Assembly: GCA_026391255.1 (NCBI GenBank)
Contig: JAPLDU010000096.1
Coordinates: 3,777-67,776, forward strand
Direction of reading: 5' to 3'
Length of the DNA stretch: 64,000 bases
Source: Bacteroidia bacterium
GTDB taxonomy: Bacteria; Bacteroidota; Bacteroidia; Bacteroidales; JAPLDU01
Every line of letters starts with the position of its first letter. Positions within the stretch are counted from its first letter, which is position 1. Positions 35,689-46,599 of the stretch are shown here, in pieces. The notes below the pieces were generated by a model. It was given only the letters and a program-made list of their open reading frames with translations. It did no database searches and was not told where the DNA came from. Both the position numbers and the translations under genes were made by a program.

Positions 35689-35910
35689 TCATGGTACCGG
35701 ATCATAACCATGCCCACCCCATGGATGGCAAGATAAAAAACGTTTTAATGTAAATAATCCGCCTTTAAACGGACCGTGCTTTTTTACTGCTTCAATGCCA
35801 TACTGGGAACAGGATGGAGTATAACGGCACCTGGCACCCAGTAAGGGAGAAATGGCAAGCTGGTAAAAACGGATTAATCCGATAATGATAAAGCTAATGA
35901 ACTTTTTCAC
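35689..35910 (-). CDS. yidD: membrane protein insertion efficiency factor YidD
   Basis: [35 protein letters not shown] is the canonical YidD sequence. Confidence 0.9.
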   Translation of the reverse strand: MKKFISFIIIGLIRFYQLAISPLLGARCRYTPSCSQYGIEAVKKHGPFKGGLFTLKRFLSCHPWGGHGYDPVP

Positions 35911-36283
35911 AATCCTTGATTAAACGCTGAAGGGACGAAATTATTTTTAATTCAATTTCTTCAAAAGAGCAAATTTCTTTACCTATATATAAAATCATCA
36001 TTGCAATTCCTTTGTCTTTTCCGGCCAGGTACTGGTAGAGAATACTTTTATTTTTCCGGTAAGCTTCACGCATTCTGCGTTTTAATAAATTTCTGAGGTA
36101 AGCTTTCCTGAAGTTTCGTGTAATAACGCTGAAACCTGCCTGTGCCGGATATTTTCCTTTTATTTCTGTTTCTGACCAGACAACACGGATAGGTGGAAGG
36201 AACAAACTGTGTCCTTCAGTAAAGATTTTTTGAATCAGCAAATTACTTTTGAGCCGTTCTTCTTTACGAAAGCTAAATTTCAT
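35894..36283 (-). CDS. rnpA: ribonuclease P protein component
   Basis: It is a basic 129-aa protein ([20 protein letters not shown]) immediately upstream of yidD, which is the classic rnpA-yidD arrangement. Confidence 0.8.
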   Translation of the reverse strand: MKFSFRKEERLKSNLLIQKIFTEGHSLFLPPIRVVWSETEIKGKYPAQAGFSVITRNFRKAYLRNLLKRRMREAYRKNKSILYQYLAGKDKGIAMMILYIGKEICSFEEIELKIISSLQRLIKDCEKVH

Positions 36284-36434
36284 ATCTGGCTACAAGGCTG
36301 TAGGCTATTAGTCTGTATGTTTCAGGATGTAGTAAATAGGCAAAAGGCATAAGTTAAAAGGCATAAGGCAGTAAGCAGTGGAGATAACATTATAAATTTT
36401 ATGAACATATAACTTATGACTTACGACTTATGAC

Positions 36435-37199
36435 TTACGACTTACTTTTATTATTGTCTTTATTGAATTTTTTGATGAATTCTTCAAGGGCCATGGTCAT
36501 CGAAGGCGACTGGGGGGTGGGTGCCGGAATATCGAGGCGCAATCCGGCTTCAGCAACCGCGTGGGTTGTAATCGGACCAAATGCAGCAATTTTAGTGCTA
36601 TTCTGCTGGAAATCAGGAAAATTATGAAATAGGGAATTGATTTCAGCAGGACTGAAGAATACCAAGATATCATAGTAAACATCCTGTAGGTCAGACAAAT
36701 CGCTTACTACTGTGCGGTATAGAATTGCAGGAGTGAATTTAAATTTATGCTTCTGAAGTTTTTCCGGTATTTCCTGTTTGTGAATGTCAGAAAGAGGTAC
36801 AAGAAATTTATCCTCGCGGTATTTTTCAATCAGATCAATCACACTGTCGAATTTCCCTTTGCCATAAAATACTTTTCTTTTCCGGAACACAATGTACTTT
36901 TGCAGGTAAAATGCTATTGACTCACTGATACAGAAATACTTCATCTCATCAGGAACTTCAATTCGCATTTCTGTGCAAATGCGATAAAAATGATCAACCG
37001 AAGTGCGACTGGTAAAAATTACTGCCGTATGATCAAGGATATTGATTCGTTCTTTTCTGAAATCCCTGGCAGGAATTGGTTCGACGTGGATAAAAGGACG
37101 GAAATCAACCTTCAGGCAGTACTTTTCTGCCAACTCAAAATAGGGAGATTTTACGTCTTCTGGTTTCGGCTGCGAAACTAAAATGCTTTTAATTTTCAA
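36435..37199 (-). CDS. hemD: uroporphyrinogen-III synthase family protein
   Basis: The MKIKSILVSQPKP...AVIFTSRTSVDHF...FSPAEINSLF pattern resembles Bacteroidota HemD-like proteins. It is adjacent to DUF4271, as in many Bacteroidota. Confidence 0.65.
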   Translation of the reverse strand: MKIKSILVSQPKPEDVKSPYFELAEKYCLKVDFRPFIHVEPIPARDFRKERINILDHTAVIFTSRTSVDHFYRICTEMRIEVPDEMKYFCISESIAFYLQKYIVFRKRKVFYGKGKFDSVIDLIEKYREDKFLVPLSDIHKQEIPEKLQKHKFKFTPAILYRTVVSDLSDLQDVYYDILVFFSPAEINSLFHNFPDFQQNSTKIAAFGPITTHAVAEAGLRLDIPAPTPQSPSMTMALEEFIKKFNKDNNKSKS

Positions 37200-37239
37200 T
37201 TGGGTAAAGTTTGTAAGATACTGATGATTAACCTGTTAC

Positions 37240-38283
37240 CTATAATAATAAAAGCGATAAAACGAATTTATATACTACCAATAAGGGTAAAATTTCGAGG
37301 GCGCAAAGGTATAAAATTAAATAATATTTATAGATATTGTTGTACAGAATAATTTTTAAACCCCTGATAATCTGAGCACAATATGTAAGAATAAAGCAAA
37401 TAACCCCTATATAAATTGCTATTGACCTAAACCTTTCTTCAAGAAAAGGAATAGCGGTAACTACCGGTATAAGGGCCAATCCTAATGTTTTATTGTAAAC
37501 AAATAAGTTATGAATGAAAATTGAAATCAATTTATCAATCATGAAAAGAAAACCAAATATCTTGTATACCAGATATTTAATCAAATGAGCCACGACAATT
37601 GCAAGTAAAATAATGAAAAATCCAGTAAGTTCACTGAAATTAAATATCTGCAGTTTGAAATGATGAAGAATCTGGCATATAAACAAGGCGGAATTAATAA
37701 TAAATACAGTATTTAATACAAATGATACCCTGGCAGTCAGCGTATTACGTTCACGGAACATTTTGTCAGCTACCTGTGAATTGGTGGTTGAATTCAATGT
37801 GACTACCAGGAAATTATCATAATAAAATCTGACCCATGCTATTGAAAAGAAAGAAAGCAAAATGACCATCACCATCCAGTCAGTCTGTGCCTCCTGCCTG
37901 GGAAGTATTTTCTGATCCGAATCAACCTGCTTATTTTCAGTAAATTGTTTTACTTCTTGTTTCCGGGTTAAAATCCTTATTTGCTTTGGCTTTAATTCTT
38001 CTATTGACCTTTTGTCGCTTTTTCCAGGAACTCCCTGTTTTAAAGCGTATTGATTCAGAAGATCAAGAAACTGATTATTAACTCCGACTTGAATGTGATT
38101 CGAGTAATTGTTATCAGGGCGGGGACAGAAATTCAGGCTATCCGCAGTTACTGCAGAGTTTGAATCCAGGCTGGCCTGATTGCTGTAATGATCCTTATTT
38201 TGCAGATCGAATACTTTCTCCAAAGAGGGAGACTCAGTGAGATAATATCCACAATTAGTGTTCATTACAAAATAACCTGGCAT
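37240..38283 (-). CDS. DUF4271-like multi-pass membrane protein
   Basis: The C-terminal half has 5-6 TM helices. It occupies the conserved position upstream of hemD. Confidence 0.5.
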   Translation of the reverse strand: MPGYFVMNTNCGYYLTESPSLEKVFDLQNKDHYSNQASLDSNSAVTADSLNFCPRPDNNYSNHIQVGVNNQFLDLLNQYALKQGVPGKSDKRSIEELKPKQIRILTRKQEVKQFTENKQVDSDQKILPRQEAQTDWMVMVILLSFFSIAWVRFYYDNFLVVTLNSTTNSQVADKMFRERNTLTARVSFVLNTVFIINSALFICQILHHFKLQIFNFSELTGFFIILLAIVVAHLIKYLVYKIFGFLFMIDKLISIFIHNLFVYNKTLGLALIPVVTAIPFLEERFRSIAIYIGVICFILTYCAQIIRGLKIILYNNIYKYYLILYLCALEILPLLVVYKFVLSLLLL

Positions 38284-38531
38284 AAAAGACCATCATAGTT
38301 TTAACTTGCAAATATAGCAGTTCAGCGAATGAAAATCTATATCTGTCCTGGTTATTTAGGCCAAAGTATACATACTTAAAGCTTTTTCTAATAGAAGAAT
38401 CAAGACTGATATGTTAGCCTTCAGCCTAAAAGCCTACAGCCTATCAGTCTGATTAGTCTCATTGTAATTAATAATGTAAGGTGTAAAATTTTATCAATGA
38501 ATTGATTAATTTTGTCCTTTCTTTATTCAAA

Positions 38532-39506
38532 ATGTTCTTAACTGATCAGATACAGGCTCCTATTGCTTCCGAGATGAAGAAATTTGAGGACTATTTCAGA
38601 ACTTCCCTGAAAAGCTCCATTCCTTTGCTTGATATCATTATGAATTACATCCTCAGAAGAAAAGGTAAACAAATGCGCCCGATGTTCGTAATCCTATCCG
38701 CAAAACTTATCGGGGAAGTGAATAATTCCACATATGTAGCTGCTGCGCTCATTGAACTTCTTCATACGGCGACTCTCATTCATGATGATGTAGTGGATGA
38801 AGCATACGAACGACGAGGTTTTTTTTCAATCAATGCTCTCTGGAAAAGTAAAATATCAGTACTTGTCGGCGATTATCTTTTATCAAAAGGTCTTTTACTT
38901 GCAATTGACAACAACGAAAATGAGCTGCTAAAGATCGTTTCTGTAGCTGTGCGTGAGATGAGCGAGGGAGAACTCCTTCAGATCGAGAAATCAAGAAAAC
39001 TGGATATTTCCGAAGAACAATATTTTGATATCATCAGGAAAAAAACTGCCACTTTGATTGCTTCCTGTACTGCCGGTGGGGCTCTTTCAGCAGGAGCCAA
39101 TGAACTAACTGTTTCGAGGATGCGACTTTTTGGTGAATATACCGGGATTGCTTTTCAGATTAAAGACGATATTTTTGATTACCAGTCAAATGGATTAATT
39201 GGAAAACCTACAGGTAATGATATCAAAGAAAAGAAGATCACCCTGCCTTTGATCTATGCTCTTCGAAATGCTTCTGACAGTGACCGCAGGCACATTCTGC
39301 GTATAGTAAAAAACAGTAACCATAATTCTGTGAAAGTTCGTGAAGTGATTGATTATGTAGTTAGTAATAAGGGAATTGAATATGCATCCGTTAAAATGGA
39401 CGAATATAAGTACAAGGCGATTGCTTTATTAGGTGACTTTCCTGAAAATGATGCAAAAAAATCCCTGATTGATCTTGTAAACTATTCAACTACAAGAAAA
39501 TCATAG
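38532..39506 (+). CDS. ispB: polyprenyl (octaprenyl-type) diphosphate synthase
   Basis: The first Asp-rich motif is LIHDDVVDE and the second is KDDIFDY. The ATG at 38532 is preferred over the upstream TTG. Confidence 0.88.
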   Translation: MFLTDQIQAPIASEMKKFEDYFRTSLKSSIPLLDIIMNYILRRKGKQMRPMFVILSAKLIGEVNNSTYVAAALIELLHTATLIHDDVVDEAYERRGFFSINALWKSKISVLVGDYLLSKGLLLAIDNNENELLKIVSVAVREMSEGELLQIEKSRKLDISEEQYFDIIRKKTATLIASCTAGGALSAGANELTVSRMRLFGEYTGIAFQIKDDIFDYQSNGLIGKPTGNDIKEKKITLPLIYALRNASDSDRRHILRIVKNSNHNSVKVREVIDYVVSNKGIEYASVKMDEYKYKAIALLGDFPENDAKKSLIDLVNYSTTRKS

Positions 39507-39590
39507 AGGTAGGTATAATTTTACATTATTGTACCTTTGGGTTAAAATATAAAATGTAATGATCGCTTAGGACTCAATAATGATTAAATA

Positions 39591-40313
39591 CTAAAACAGT
39601 CCGACTTCCAGACCGACCTGTAATTTTGGTAATTCGGGCAGATCAGTCAAACCACCACCATTCTTAAACAAATCGCTCAGCCTGTAATGCGCATCAATCA
39701 CCCATCGGCCGAAACCCAGGCGGGCGCTGACACCATAATTCAGACGGTTGGTATATTTCAGTTCCCGCTCGTACATCTCATAAAAACCATAGGTGGGTGA
39801 ATTTCCGTTATCCTTGATATAATGAGAGATATAATATGAAAAATTGCCGAATGCGCCTATATCAATGAACTTGCCAATGGCATTGCCACGTCTTCCATAA
39901 TTAATCCGGTTGAAGAATTCAAGCCCCAAACTTGTAAAAGTCAGACTTTCTTTTTTAAAATTACCTGTGTCTCCCTGATTGATCATAACAGATAAATTAT
40001 CCTGTTTTAATTTGTAATTACTTGTTGATAAAAAGTTGAAATCCATCCCAATGGCATCATATTTACATAATTTGAGCTTGTACCTCATTCCAAAATCAAA
40101 ATTAGAACTTCCAGGCTTATAATTGGCACCCACATCATTTTTGCCAACCATAAAATCCCACCTGATGTAAAAATGTATGAAGTTTTTCATGTTCTGTCCC
40201 CATTTAGCTTCAATGGTATCTTTTGATGGTTTTTGTTCCAGGACAACATTCTGTGCAGACAATAAAAAACTCATGCATAACAGCATGGTTACTAATGTGA
40301 TAAATTTTTTCAT
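39591..40313 (-). CDS. outer-membrane beta-barrel (porin-family) protein, hypothetical
   Basis: It has a signal peptide, an alternating aromatic/Gly pattern and a C-terminal ...LQVGLEVGLF. Confidence 0.5.
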   Translation of the reverse strand: MKKFITLVTMLLCMSFLLSAQNVVLEQKPSKDTIEAKWGQNMKNFIHFYIRWDFMVGKNDVGANYKPGSSNFDFGMRYKLKLCKYDAIGMDFNFLSTSNYKLKQDNLSVMINQGDTGNFKKESLTFTSLGLEFFNRINYGRRGNAIGKFIDIGAFGNFSYYISHYIKDNGNSPTYGFYEMYERELKYTNRLNYGVSARLGFGRWVIDAHYRLSDLFKNGGGLTDLPELPKLQVGLEVGLF

Positions 40314-41905
40314 TTATTTTTTGTTAAATTATATTCTTTTGTAAAACCTTTATAATGAATTCGTAGTGTTTCTCCATGTTTGAGATCATTTAACGGGATA
40401 TCAAGTACATCTTCCTTTTCCACAGAAAGTACTGCATATTTATCGAGGTAGCCCTTTTTGTTTTCAATATGATAATACAGATAACCGGTTGAATCCTTAC
40501 TCAGCCACTTCTTATCGATCATGATATGAAAACTATCACCTCGCGTTATCATTTCGAAAGTGGGAGATATTGGTTTATTGTCCTTATTGACAATTTTACC
40601 GGCTTGAGGTACCCCGTAACCATGCGCATAATCAAAATATGGATATAAATTTCCTGATTTCTCAATTTCATGAAGAAGTTGCATACAGGTGAACCCGGGG
40701 TTTTTCTGTAATACACAGGCGGTAAAACCAGCAACCAATGGTGTTGAAAAAGAGGTTCCTGAAGCCACCTGAAGGCTGTCAGACGAAGCCACGGTTGCTG
40801 TTCCGAATGCACATACATTGGGTTTTAGCCGTTTGTCAGCTGTTGGCCCAAATGAACTGAAACTGATGTGAATATTTGTTGATGGGTTTATGCCACCGAC
40901 AGATAATACACTATCGGCATCTGCCGGTGTTATCAGGTATTTCCAGTTTCCGTTACCTTCATTGCCCATGGCGGTAATTACGAGCATGCCTTTTTTTGCT
41001 GCCATTCGGGCAGCCCTGGAAACCAGGCTTGTTTTACCATCCATCTGGTTTACAAAATACCTGTTGAAATAATATCCCAAAGAACTGCTGATGATCTGTG
41101 CCCCGTTTTTATCTGCCCATTCCATGGCCGAAAGCCAGTTTACCTCTTCTGAATATGGTTCAATATGGGCATATTCAGTACGCGCAAGCAAAAACTCCGC
41201 ATCCGTGGCAAGACCCAGCTTACGTCCATTGAACAAGCCGGTAATGCATGACAGTACCATTCGTCCATGAAAATTATGACCATATACATTCTCTTTCTTC
41301 CTGATAAAATCATAGGTTTTGATGATCCTGTGATTTTCCCACAGGTGGCGGAAAGCCGGGTGCTTATCTACCTCAGGAAAACCAGCATCGAATACTGCAA
41401 TTCTGACTCCTTTACCCGTCAGTCCCCGTTCTGCAAAAATTTCACCCTGCATGCTCGATAATTGTTCACTGGTAAGGTCTGTCCCTGTTCCCTCATTATG
41501 ACCGGGTTCATCAGTGAAACATGTTACTGCAATAACAGGTTCAATTGATATTATTTCTTTTACAAAAGGAAGTGATCTGATTAATCCGATCTGCAAATCA
41601 TTGCCCGATATGAACATTGCATTCAGCCACCTGCTCTGATATCCTGTACTATCTGCAATATTGGCAACAGTATTTGCATAGTCCGCGTTAAGAGGGAAAT
41701 CCGTGGAATCGAACAATGAAACTCCGTTAACTATTCTTCTTTCAATTGCTTTTGGATCAAAATATTCGTATGGATTGAAACCGGTACCTTTCTTATTCTT
41801 AAAGAAAACCCAGTAATGGTTCTGGCTGATAGCAGTCTTTGGAAAAAATTGAAATGAAAAAAGCAGTATAAAGAAATACAGCAGCAGCTTATTTTTATTT
41901 TGCAT
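40310..41905 (-). CDS. S8-family (subtilisin-like) serine peptidase
   Basis: The catalytic triad contexts are RIAVFDAGF, HGRMVLSC and SGTSFSTPLVAG. It has a signal peptide. Confidence 0.85.
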   Translation of the reverse strand: MQNKNKLLLYFFILLFSFQFFPKTAISQNHYWVFFKNKKGTGFNPYEYFDPKAIERRIVNGVSLFDSTDFPLNADYANTVANIADSTGYQSRWLNAMFISGNDLQIGLIRSLPFVKEIISIEPVIAVTCFTDEPGHNEGTGTDLTSEQLSSMQGEIFAERGLTGKGVRIAVFDAGFPEVDKHPAFRHLWENHRIIKTYDFIRKKENVYGHNFHGRMVLSCITGLFNGRKLGLATDAEFLLARTEYAHIEPYSEEVNWLSAMEWADKNGAQIISSSLGYYFNRYFVNQMDGKTSLVSRAARMAAKKGMLVITAMGNEGNGNWKYLITPADADSVLSVGGINPSTNIHISFSSFGPTADKRLKPNVCAFGTATVASSDSLQVASGTSFSTPLVAGFTACVLQKNPGFTCMQLLHEIEKSGNLYPYFDYAHGYGVPQAGKIVNKDNKPISPTFEMITRGDSFHIMIDKKWLSKDSTGYLYYHIENKKGYLDKYAVLSVEKEDVLDIPLNDLKHGETLRIHYKGFTKEYNLTKNK

Positions 41906-42092
41906 AATGAATTAATATCTTGATTTTCTGAACATAAGATCAGAATAAATCGATTTTTGACTGGTTTTAAAAATAACAAATTAATATTTCAGGTAAGAAT
42001 ATTCTTTGATTTTGAATTGTATGGAAGGCTAATAGGCTGTAGACTATTAGGCTGCAGGAAATTAAGAATTAATTAATGAAATTTCCTAAATA

Positions 42093-42310
42093 CCTAACCT
42101 AGACGAACCATAACCAAACAAGAAATCACAAATCTCAAAATACAAATCACAAATAAATATCAATCAACAAAATTACAAATTCAAAGTAGTTTGTTTTGTA
42201 TTTGAAATTTTGATATTGTTTATTATTTGTTTTTTGTTCCGCCACGGCGGATTGTTTTTTGTTTTTTTGCCAACATGCGTTAAGATTTCAGAAATAAGCA
42301 CCTAAAATTA
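42093..42310 (+). repeat. family P palindromic element, copy 2 (carries a TCCGCC-ac-GGCGGA hairpin in the right arm)
   Basis: cctaacctagacgaaccataaccaaacaagaaatcacaaatctcaaaatacaaatcacaaataaatatcaatcaa...ttgccaacatgcgttaagatttcagaaataag. Confidence 0.85.
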
Positions 42311-42430
42311 AATAGCCTTCAGTCTAATAGCCTGATCAGTTACTAAAATTTAATATTATGCTGATTGGCTATAAAATATTACTTTAGCAAATCAGTTAAA
42401 TAATTATGTATTTTTAAAAATGAGATAGTT

Positions 42431-43285
42431 ATGATTAAGATTGTTAAAATAGTAGCATTACTTTCAGTTTTTTTTATGCCAATTGTACCATTTGCAGCAA
42501 AAGAGGCAAAAGTAACACTGGCAAATGAAAAAGGGGTCAAGGTTTTTTCGTATTCAAAAGACAGTCAGATATTTATAATTGTGAAAGATTCACTGTCGAA
42601 TAAGGATAAAACAAAAAAAGAACCGGTAAGTATTAAAATTACCAGTGACACTGAACCTGGCGGAGAAGCATTGCTATTAATGGAAACAGACATCAATACG
42701 GGTATATTTACTGGCAAGCTTGCAGTAAAAGAATCAAATACTGCTGTTGCCGGAGATTATGTTCTTCAGGTTAGTGGCGGGGATAAAATAACTGCCAGTT
42801 ATACCTTACCAAAAGATGATAAAGGGATAGAGCATGTGATAGATGACCAGGCATATTATATGGGTCCATCGTGGTCTTTTGAAAATACCGGGGAGAATCA
42901 TACTATTCTTATACCTGATAATGCGACAATAACCATTGACGGGAAACCTATTGAAAAGGGTGATTTTATCAGTTGTTTTTACAACACAACTGAAAATGGG
43001 AAAAAGGTTTTGAAAAACGGGGGTGGCACCGGACGTGATATTTCACCCGGAGGAATTAAATGGACAGGTAAAACCACTGCTACTGCTGCCTGGGGGGCAC
43101 AACAGGGAAAGAAAAACGGCTTTGCCCCCAAAGAAGAATTCAAATGGAAAATCTGGCGTGCTTCTGATGGGAAAGAATATGATGCCGTTGCTACTTATAT
43201 GATTGATGATCGTATTCCTGATAAAGGACAATATGTGAAAGATGGTATCAGTGGAGTTCAAACCCTGACAGCAACCAGCAAATAG
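42431..43285 (+). CDS. hypothetical secreted protein
   Basis: It has a signal peptide (IVKIVALLSVFFMPIVPFAA). I recognise no family. Confidence 0.5.
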   Translation: MIKIVKIVALLSVFFMPIVPFAAKEAKVTLANEKGVKVFSYSKDSQIFIIVKDSLSNKDKTKKEPVSIKITSDTEPGGEALLLMETDINTGIFTGKLAVKESNTAVAGDYVLQVSGGDKITASYTLPKDDKGIEHVIDDQAYYMGPSWSFENTGENHTILIPDNATITIDGKPIEKGDFISCFYNTTENGKKVLKNGGGTGRDISPGGIKWTGKTTATAAWGAQQGKKNGFAPKEEFKWKIWRASDGKEYDAVATYMIDDRIPDKGQYVKDGISGVQTLTATSK

Positions 43286-43401
43286 AGTCTGCAAATAAAC
43301 TCCGGAGGGTGATAAAGTGATGTAGTGATGTAGTGATGAAGTGACAAAACTGATTCATAATTCTTCATCTTCCGCTTGCGTGACTTTTGACTCGTGACTT
43401 A

Positions 43402-43770
43402 TCACTTTTTGAAAATAAAATACACTGCCAGTATCAGGAAGAAGAAACCAATCACATGATTGATGCGAAAGGTTTCATTTCTAAAGACCACTACTGTAAA
43501 CAGTGTGAAGACAATAAGGGTAATGACTTCCTGTATCACTTTCAGTTGCCATAGATTGAAGGGACCTCCGTTTTCATGAAAGCCAATCCTGTTGGCCGGA
43601 ACCTGAGCTGAATATTCAAACAGGGCAATGCCCCAACTGAGCAGGATGATCAGCGGTAATCCCAGGTTGCTAAACCATCCCATTTGTCTGAACTTCAGAT
43701 GCCCATACCAGGCAATGGTCATAAATATATTCGACACGACCAGCAGTGCAATTGTATAGAATCCTTTCAT
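43402..43770 (-). CDS. DMT-superfamily small membrane protein (DUF486-like)
   Basis: It begins MKGFYTIALLVVSNIFMTIAWYGHLKF, has 4 TM helices and is 122 aa long. Confidence 0.7.
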   Translation of the reverse strand: MKGFYTIALLVVSNIFMTIAWYGHLKFRQMGWFSNLGLPLIILLSWGIALFEYSAQVPANRIGFHENGGPFNLWQLKVIQEVITLIVFTLFTVVVFRNETFRINHVIGFFFLILAVYFIFKK

Positions 43771-43872
43771 AACAGTGATAATATCTAGGCTTTGCGAATT
43801 AATATTTCAGTAATCCTGTTGAAATAGTATTTATGCCATTACTAATCTGATTTTTTATTTATGGCAAAAATA

Positions 43873-45012
43873 TCAATTTACCTCTAAATCTTCCGAATGA
43901 TGAGGCATGAACCATTTTTGAGCAACAAATGTAGGTATTACGGCGCTTGCAACAACAACGCCAACTAAAACCGAATATTGAACCTGATTTATTAAACCAG
44001 CCTGAAGCCCGTACAAACTTGAGATTGTTCCAAAGGTCAGACCAGTACTCATAAGAAGAGTAGTGTAAATACTTCCGTTCGGAATAAATTTTTTTGCAAA
44101 AAAGAATACACCAATAAATTTTGCAACGATTTTAACTGAAAACAAAATTACAAACAATCCTATAGCAGTTATAATAAATGGAAGTGATATTTTCATCCCA
44201 CCCACAATAAAAAATATGGGTGTAATAATAGCATAGGCAACCGTTCGCAATTTATCCCGGACTGCAACTGTCTTACGTTGTTCTTTAAAATGCTTTGACA
44301 TTAATAAGCCTAAAATAAAAGCAGGTAAAACTGCCTGACCATCTCCGAGTTTTGCAAAATAAATAAACGCCAGTAATACTAAAAAGATAAATTTGATTTC
44401 CGGTTCAATAACTTTACCTGCCCATTGCTTGTTTCGTAAAACTACAAGTGAATATTTATAAACTAAAACTATCAGAATCGCCGAAACACCAATGAATACA
44501 AGCGTATAAAGGGTTGGTTTAATAAACAGGATACTTAAAGCAAGCGCAGTTCCCATATCTGTAATGAAAGTTGCCGACATGATTTTTTTCCCGATAATAT
44601 TTTTTGACAGACCTGTTTCAACAAGTACAGAATATACCACAGCCAGGGAAGTTGTGGATAATGCAACTCCTGCAATTAATGATCCCTGAAGCGTCCATTT
44701 TGATATTAAATATGTATAAAGAAATGTTGCGATAAAAGGTAACAGGAATGAAAAAAATCCAATAAGAAAACTTTCTTTAAAATTTACCCGCATCATTTTT
44801 GTATCAATTTCTGTTCCAGCCAGAAATGTAAGAATTATACCGCCAAAATTGGCTAAATACAACATCCAGTCTTCGGTATGTAATCCCAGATTTCCGGCAA
44901 TTACACCCAACACAATTTCAATGATTGCTACTGACAAACCAAGCCGAAGCGAAATAAGACTTGAGAGAAGAACCAGGCTACCAACTATTAATGGAATGAA
45001 ATCAGCATTCAT
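43873..45012 (-). CDS. cation:proton antiporter (Na+/H+ exchanger family)
   Basis: It is a 379-aa protein with about 11 TM helices and the overall pattern of the CPA family. Confidence 0.75.
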   Translation of the reverse strand: MNADFIPLIVGSLVLLSSLISLRLGLSVAIIEIVLGVIAGNLGLHTEDWMLYLANFGGIILTFLAGTEIDTKMMRVNFKESFLIGFFSFLLPFIATFLYTYLISKWTLQGSLIAGVALSTTSLAVVYSVLVETGLSKNIIGKKIMSATFITDMGTALALSILFIKPTLYTLVFIGVSAILIVLVYKYSLVVLRNKQWAGKVIEPEIKFIFLVLLAFIYFAKLGDGQAVLPAFILGLLMSKHFKEQRKTVAVRDKLRTVAYAIITPIFFIVGGMKISLPFIITAIGLFVILFSVKIVAKFIGVFFFAKKFIPNGSIYTTLLMSTGLTFGTISSLYGLQAGLINQVQYSVLVGVVVASAVIPTFVAQKWFMPHHSEDLEVN

Positions 45013-45255
45013 AATAACTCCTCTTTATGATCCAACATCAATTATTAAAGTAGGAGTTATCAGCCAATTTATGCGGTTACAGGCGAACTCCATCGCCTAA
45101 AGACTTTGCAAAAATAATTAAATTAGTTGAAAATGAAATCCCTTTCCGGGTCTATTCATAAACATTGCAAAGTCATGAATATCTTTTTCTCTTTTCCGGA
45201 TACCTGATTTCATTTCAAGTGACCCGTGACTTGTCACATGTCACTTTGAATTTAA

Positions 45256-45789
45256 TCATCTCATTAACCCGGCCAGTTCAGTCACTGTGTTCCAATTACG
45301 GGTGGTAGCGGTGAGTTTCAGATTTTTCTCGAAAAAACTGATGGTTAGCTTTGATCTGCCACTACCAAATGGACAAAAGAGAAATATATGCCTGCCCGAA
45401 ATAATGAATTCATCCGGTGGATAATTTATTTCCATGGTTTTCTGAATATCAGCAGGTTGTGGTTCACCTGAGAGAAAAGTAACGTGTAGTTTATCTTTAT
45501 TAATTTCTGGCCTGGTAAGAAAGGGATTGGACTTTAACAGGTCTTGCATTTCCTGTTGCGAACGTATGATGACCGGTACCTGGAAGCCATATTTCCTGAA
45601 AACAGACTGTTCAATTCTCCCGGTCAGATCAGGATTGTTATCATTTGTAAATATTACATTACCGCTTTGGATGTAAGTGATTACATTACTGAATCCCAGT
45701 CCTTCATACAAAGCCCTGAGGTCAGACATCACAATTTTCCTATGACCTCCAACATTGATACCACGTAGTATTGATAGGTATACAGGCAT
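45256..45789 (-). CDS. DUF1697 domain protein
   Basis: MPVYLSILRGINVGGHRKIVMSDLRALYEGLGF is a typical DUF1697 N-terminus. Confidence 0.7.
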   Translation of the reverse strand: MPVYLSILRGINVGGHRKIVMSDLRALYEGLGFSNVITYIQSGNVIFTNDNNPDLTGRIEQSVFRKYGFQVPVIIRSQQEMQDLLKSNPFLTRPEINKDKLHVTFLSGEPQPADIQKTMEINYPPDEFIISGRHIFLFCPFGSGRSKLTISFFEKNLKLTATTRNWNTVTELAGLMR

Positions 45790-45875
45790 TTATATTGATC
45801 AGGTTTTGGTCCCGTCAAGTTTGAGATGATAAGTAATTTGATACAAGTCACCAGGTCTCTTTGTCACTCAGTCAC

Positions 45876-46451
45876 TTAGTCCTTCTTCACCTGGCAGATA
45901 GGCATCACTTCCCTGCCACGTGATTCGTTGACTATTTCGGCCATGGCAAGATATATTGCAGAAAGTCCGCAGATAATGCCTTCCCAACCTGCAATGATCC
46001 CGATGATTGCACATCCCGACCAGTCTTTAATGGCAAGGAGTATGAATAATACAGTGAGGCTCAGGAAAACAAACTGTATGGCACGGTTTTTTCCGAAAGT
46101 TCCAAGCCACATGAAAAAAGTGAACACTCCCCACATAATGAGGTACCAGCCCATAAAGCACTCGCTGGTTGCAGGACCTTTGGCCCAGCCATGTTCGGGA
46201 ACCACCCATAATGCAACCAGTGATAACCAGAACATTCCATAGGAAACAAAGGCCGTCATTCCAAATGTATTGCCTTTTTTGAATTCGAGAATCCCGGCAA
46301 TAACCTGTGCAATACCTCCATAAAAAATCCCCATGGCCAGAATCATGGAAGTAACGGGGAAAAAGCCTGCATTATGAATATTCAGCAGTACAGTGGTCAT
46401 TCCGAATCCCATCAATCCCAGCGGTGCAGGATTAGCGTAATTATTTTCCAT
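45876..46451 (-). CDS. GPR1/FUN34/YaaH-family acetate/succinate uptake transporter
   Basis: It has the NPAPLGLMGFGMTTVLLN signature and six TM helices. Confidence 0.85.
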   Translation of the reverse strand: MENNYANPAPLGLMGFGMTTVLLNIHNAGFFPVTSMILAMGIFYGGIAQVIAGILEFKKGNTFGMTAFVSYGMFWLSLVALWVVPEHGWAKGPATSECFMGWYLIMWGVFTFFMWLGTFGKNRAIQFVFLSLTVLFILLAIKDWSGCAIIGIIAGWEGIICGLSAIYLAMAEIVNESRGREVMPICQVKKD

Positions 46452-46599
46452 AGGTTTAACTGTAATTAGTGATTTTATCTTATCAAGAGAAGTTATGAAT
46501 TATAAGTTATGAGTTATGAATTGATCGATGTTGACAACAAAATTACTTGTTAATCCAATAACCAAAAACTCATCACTCATAATTCATCACTCATAACTC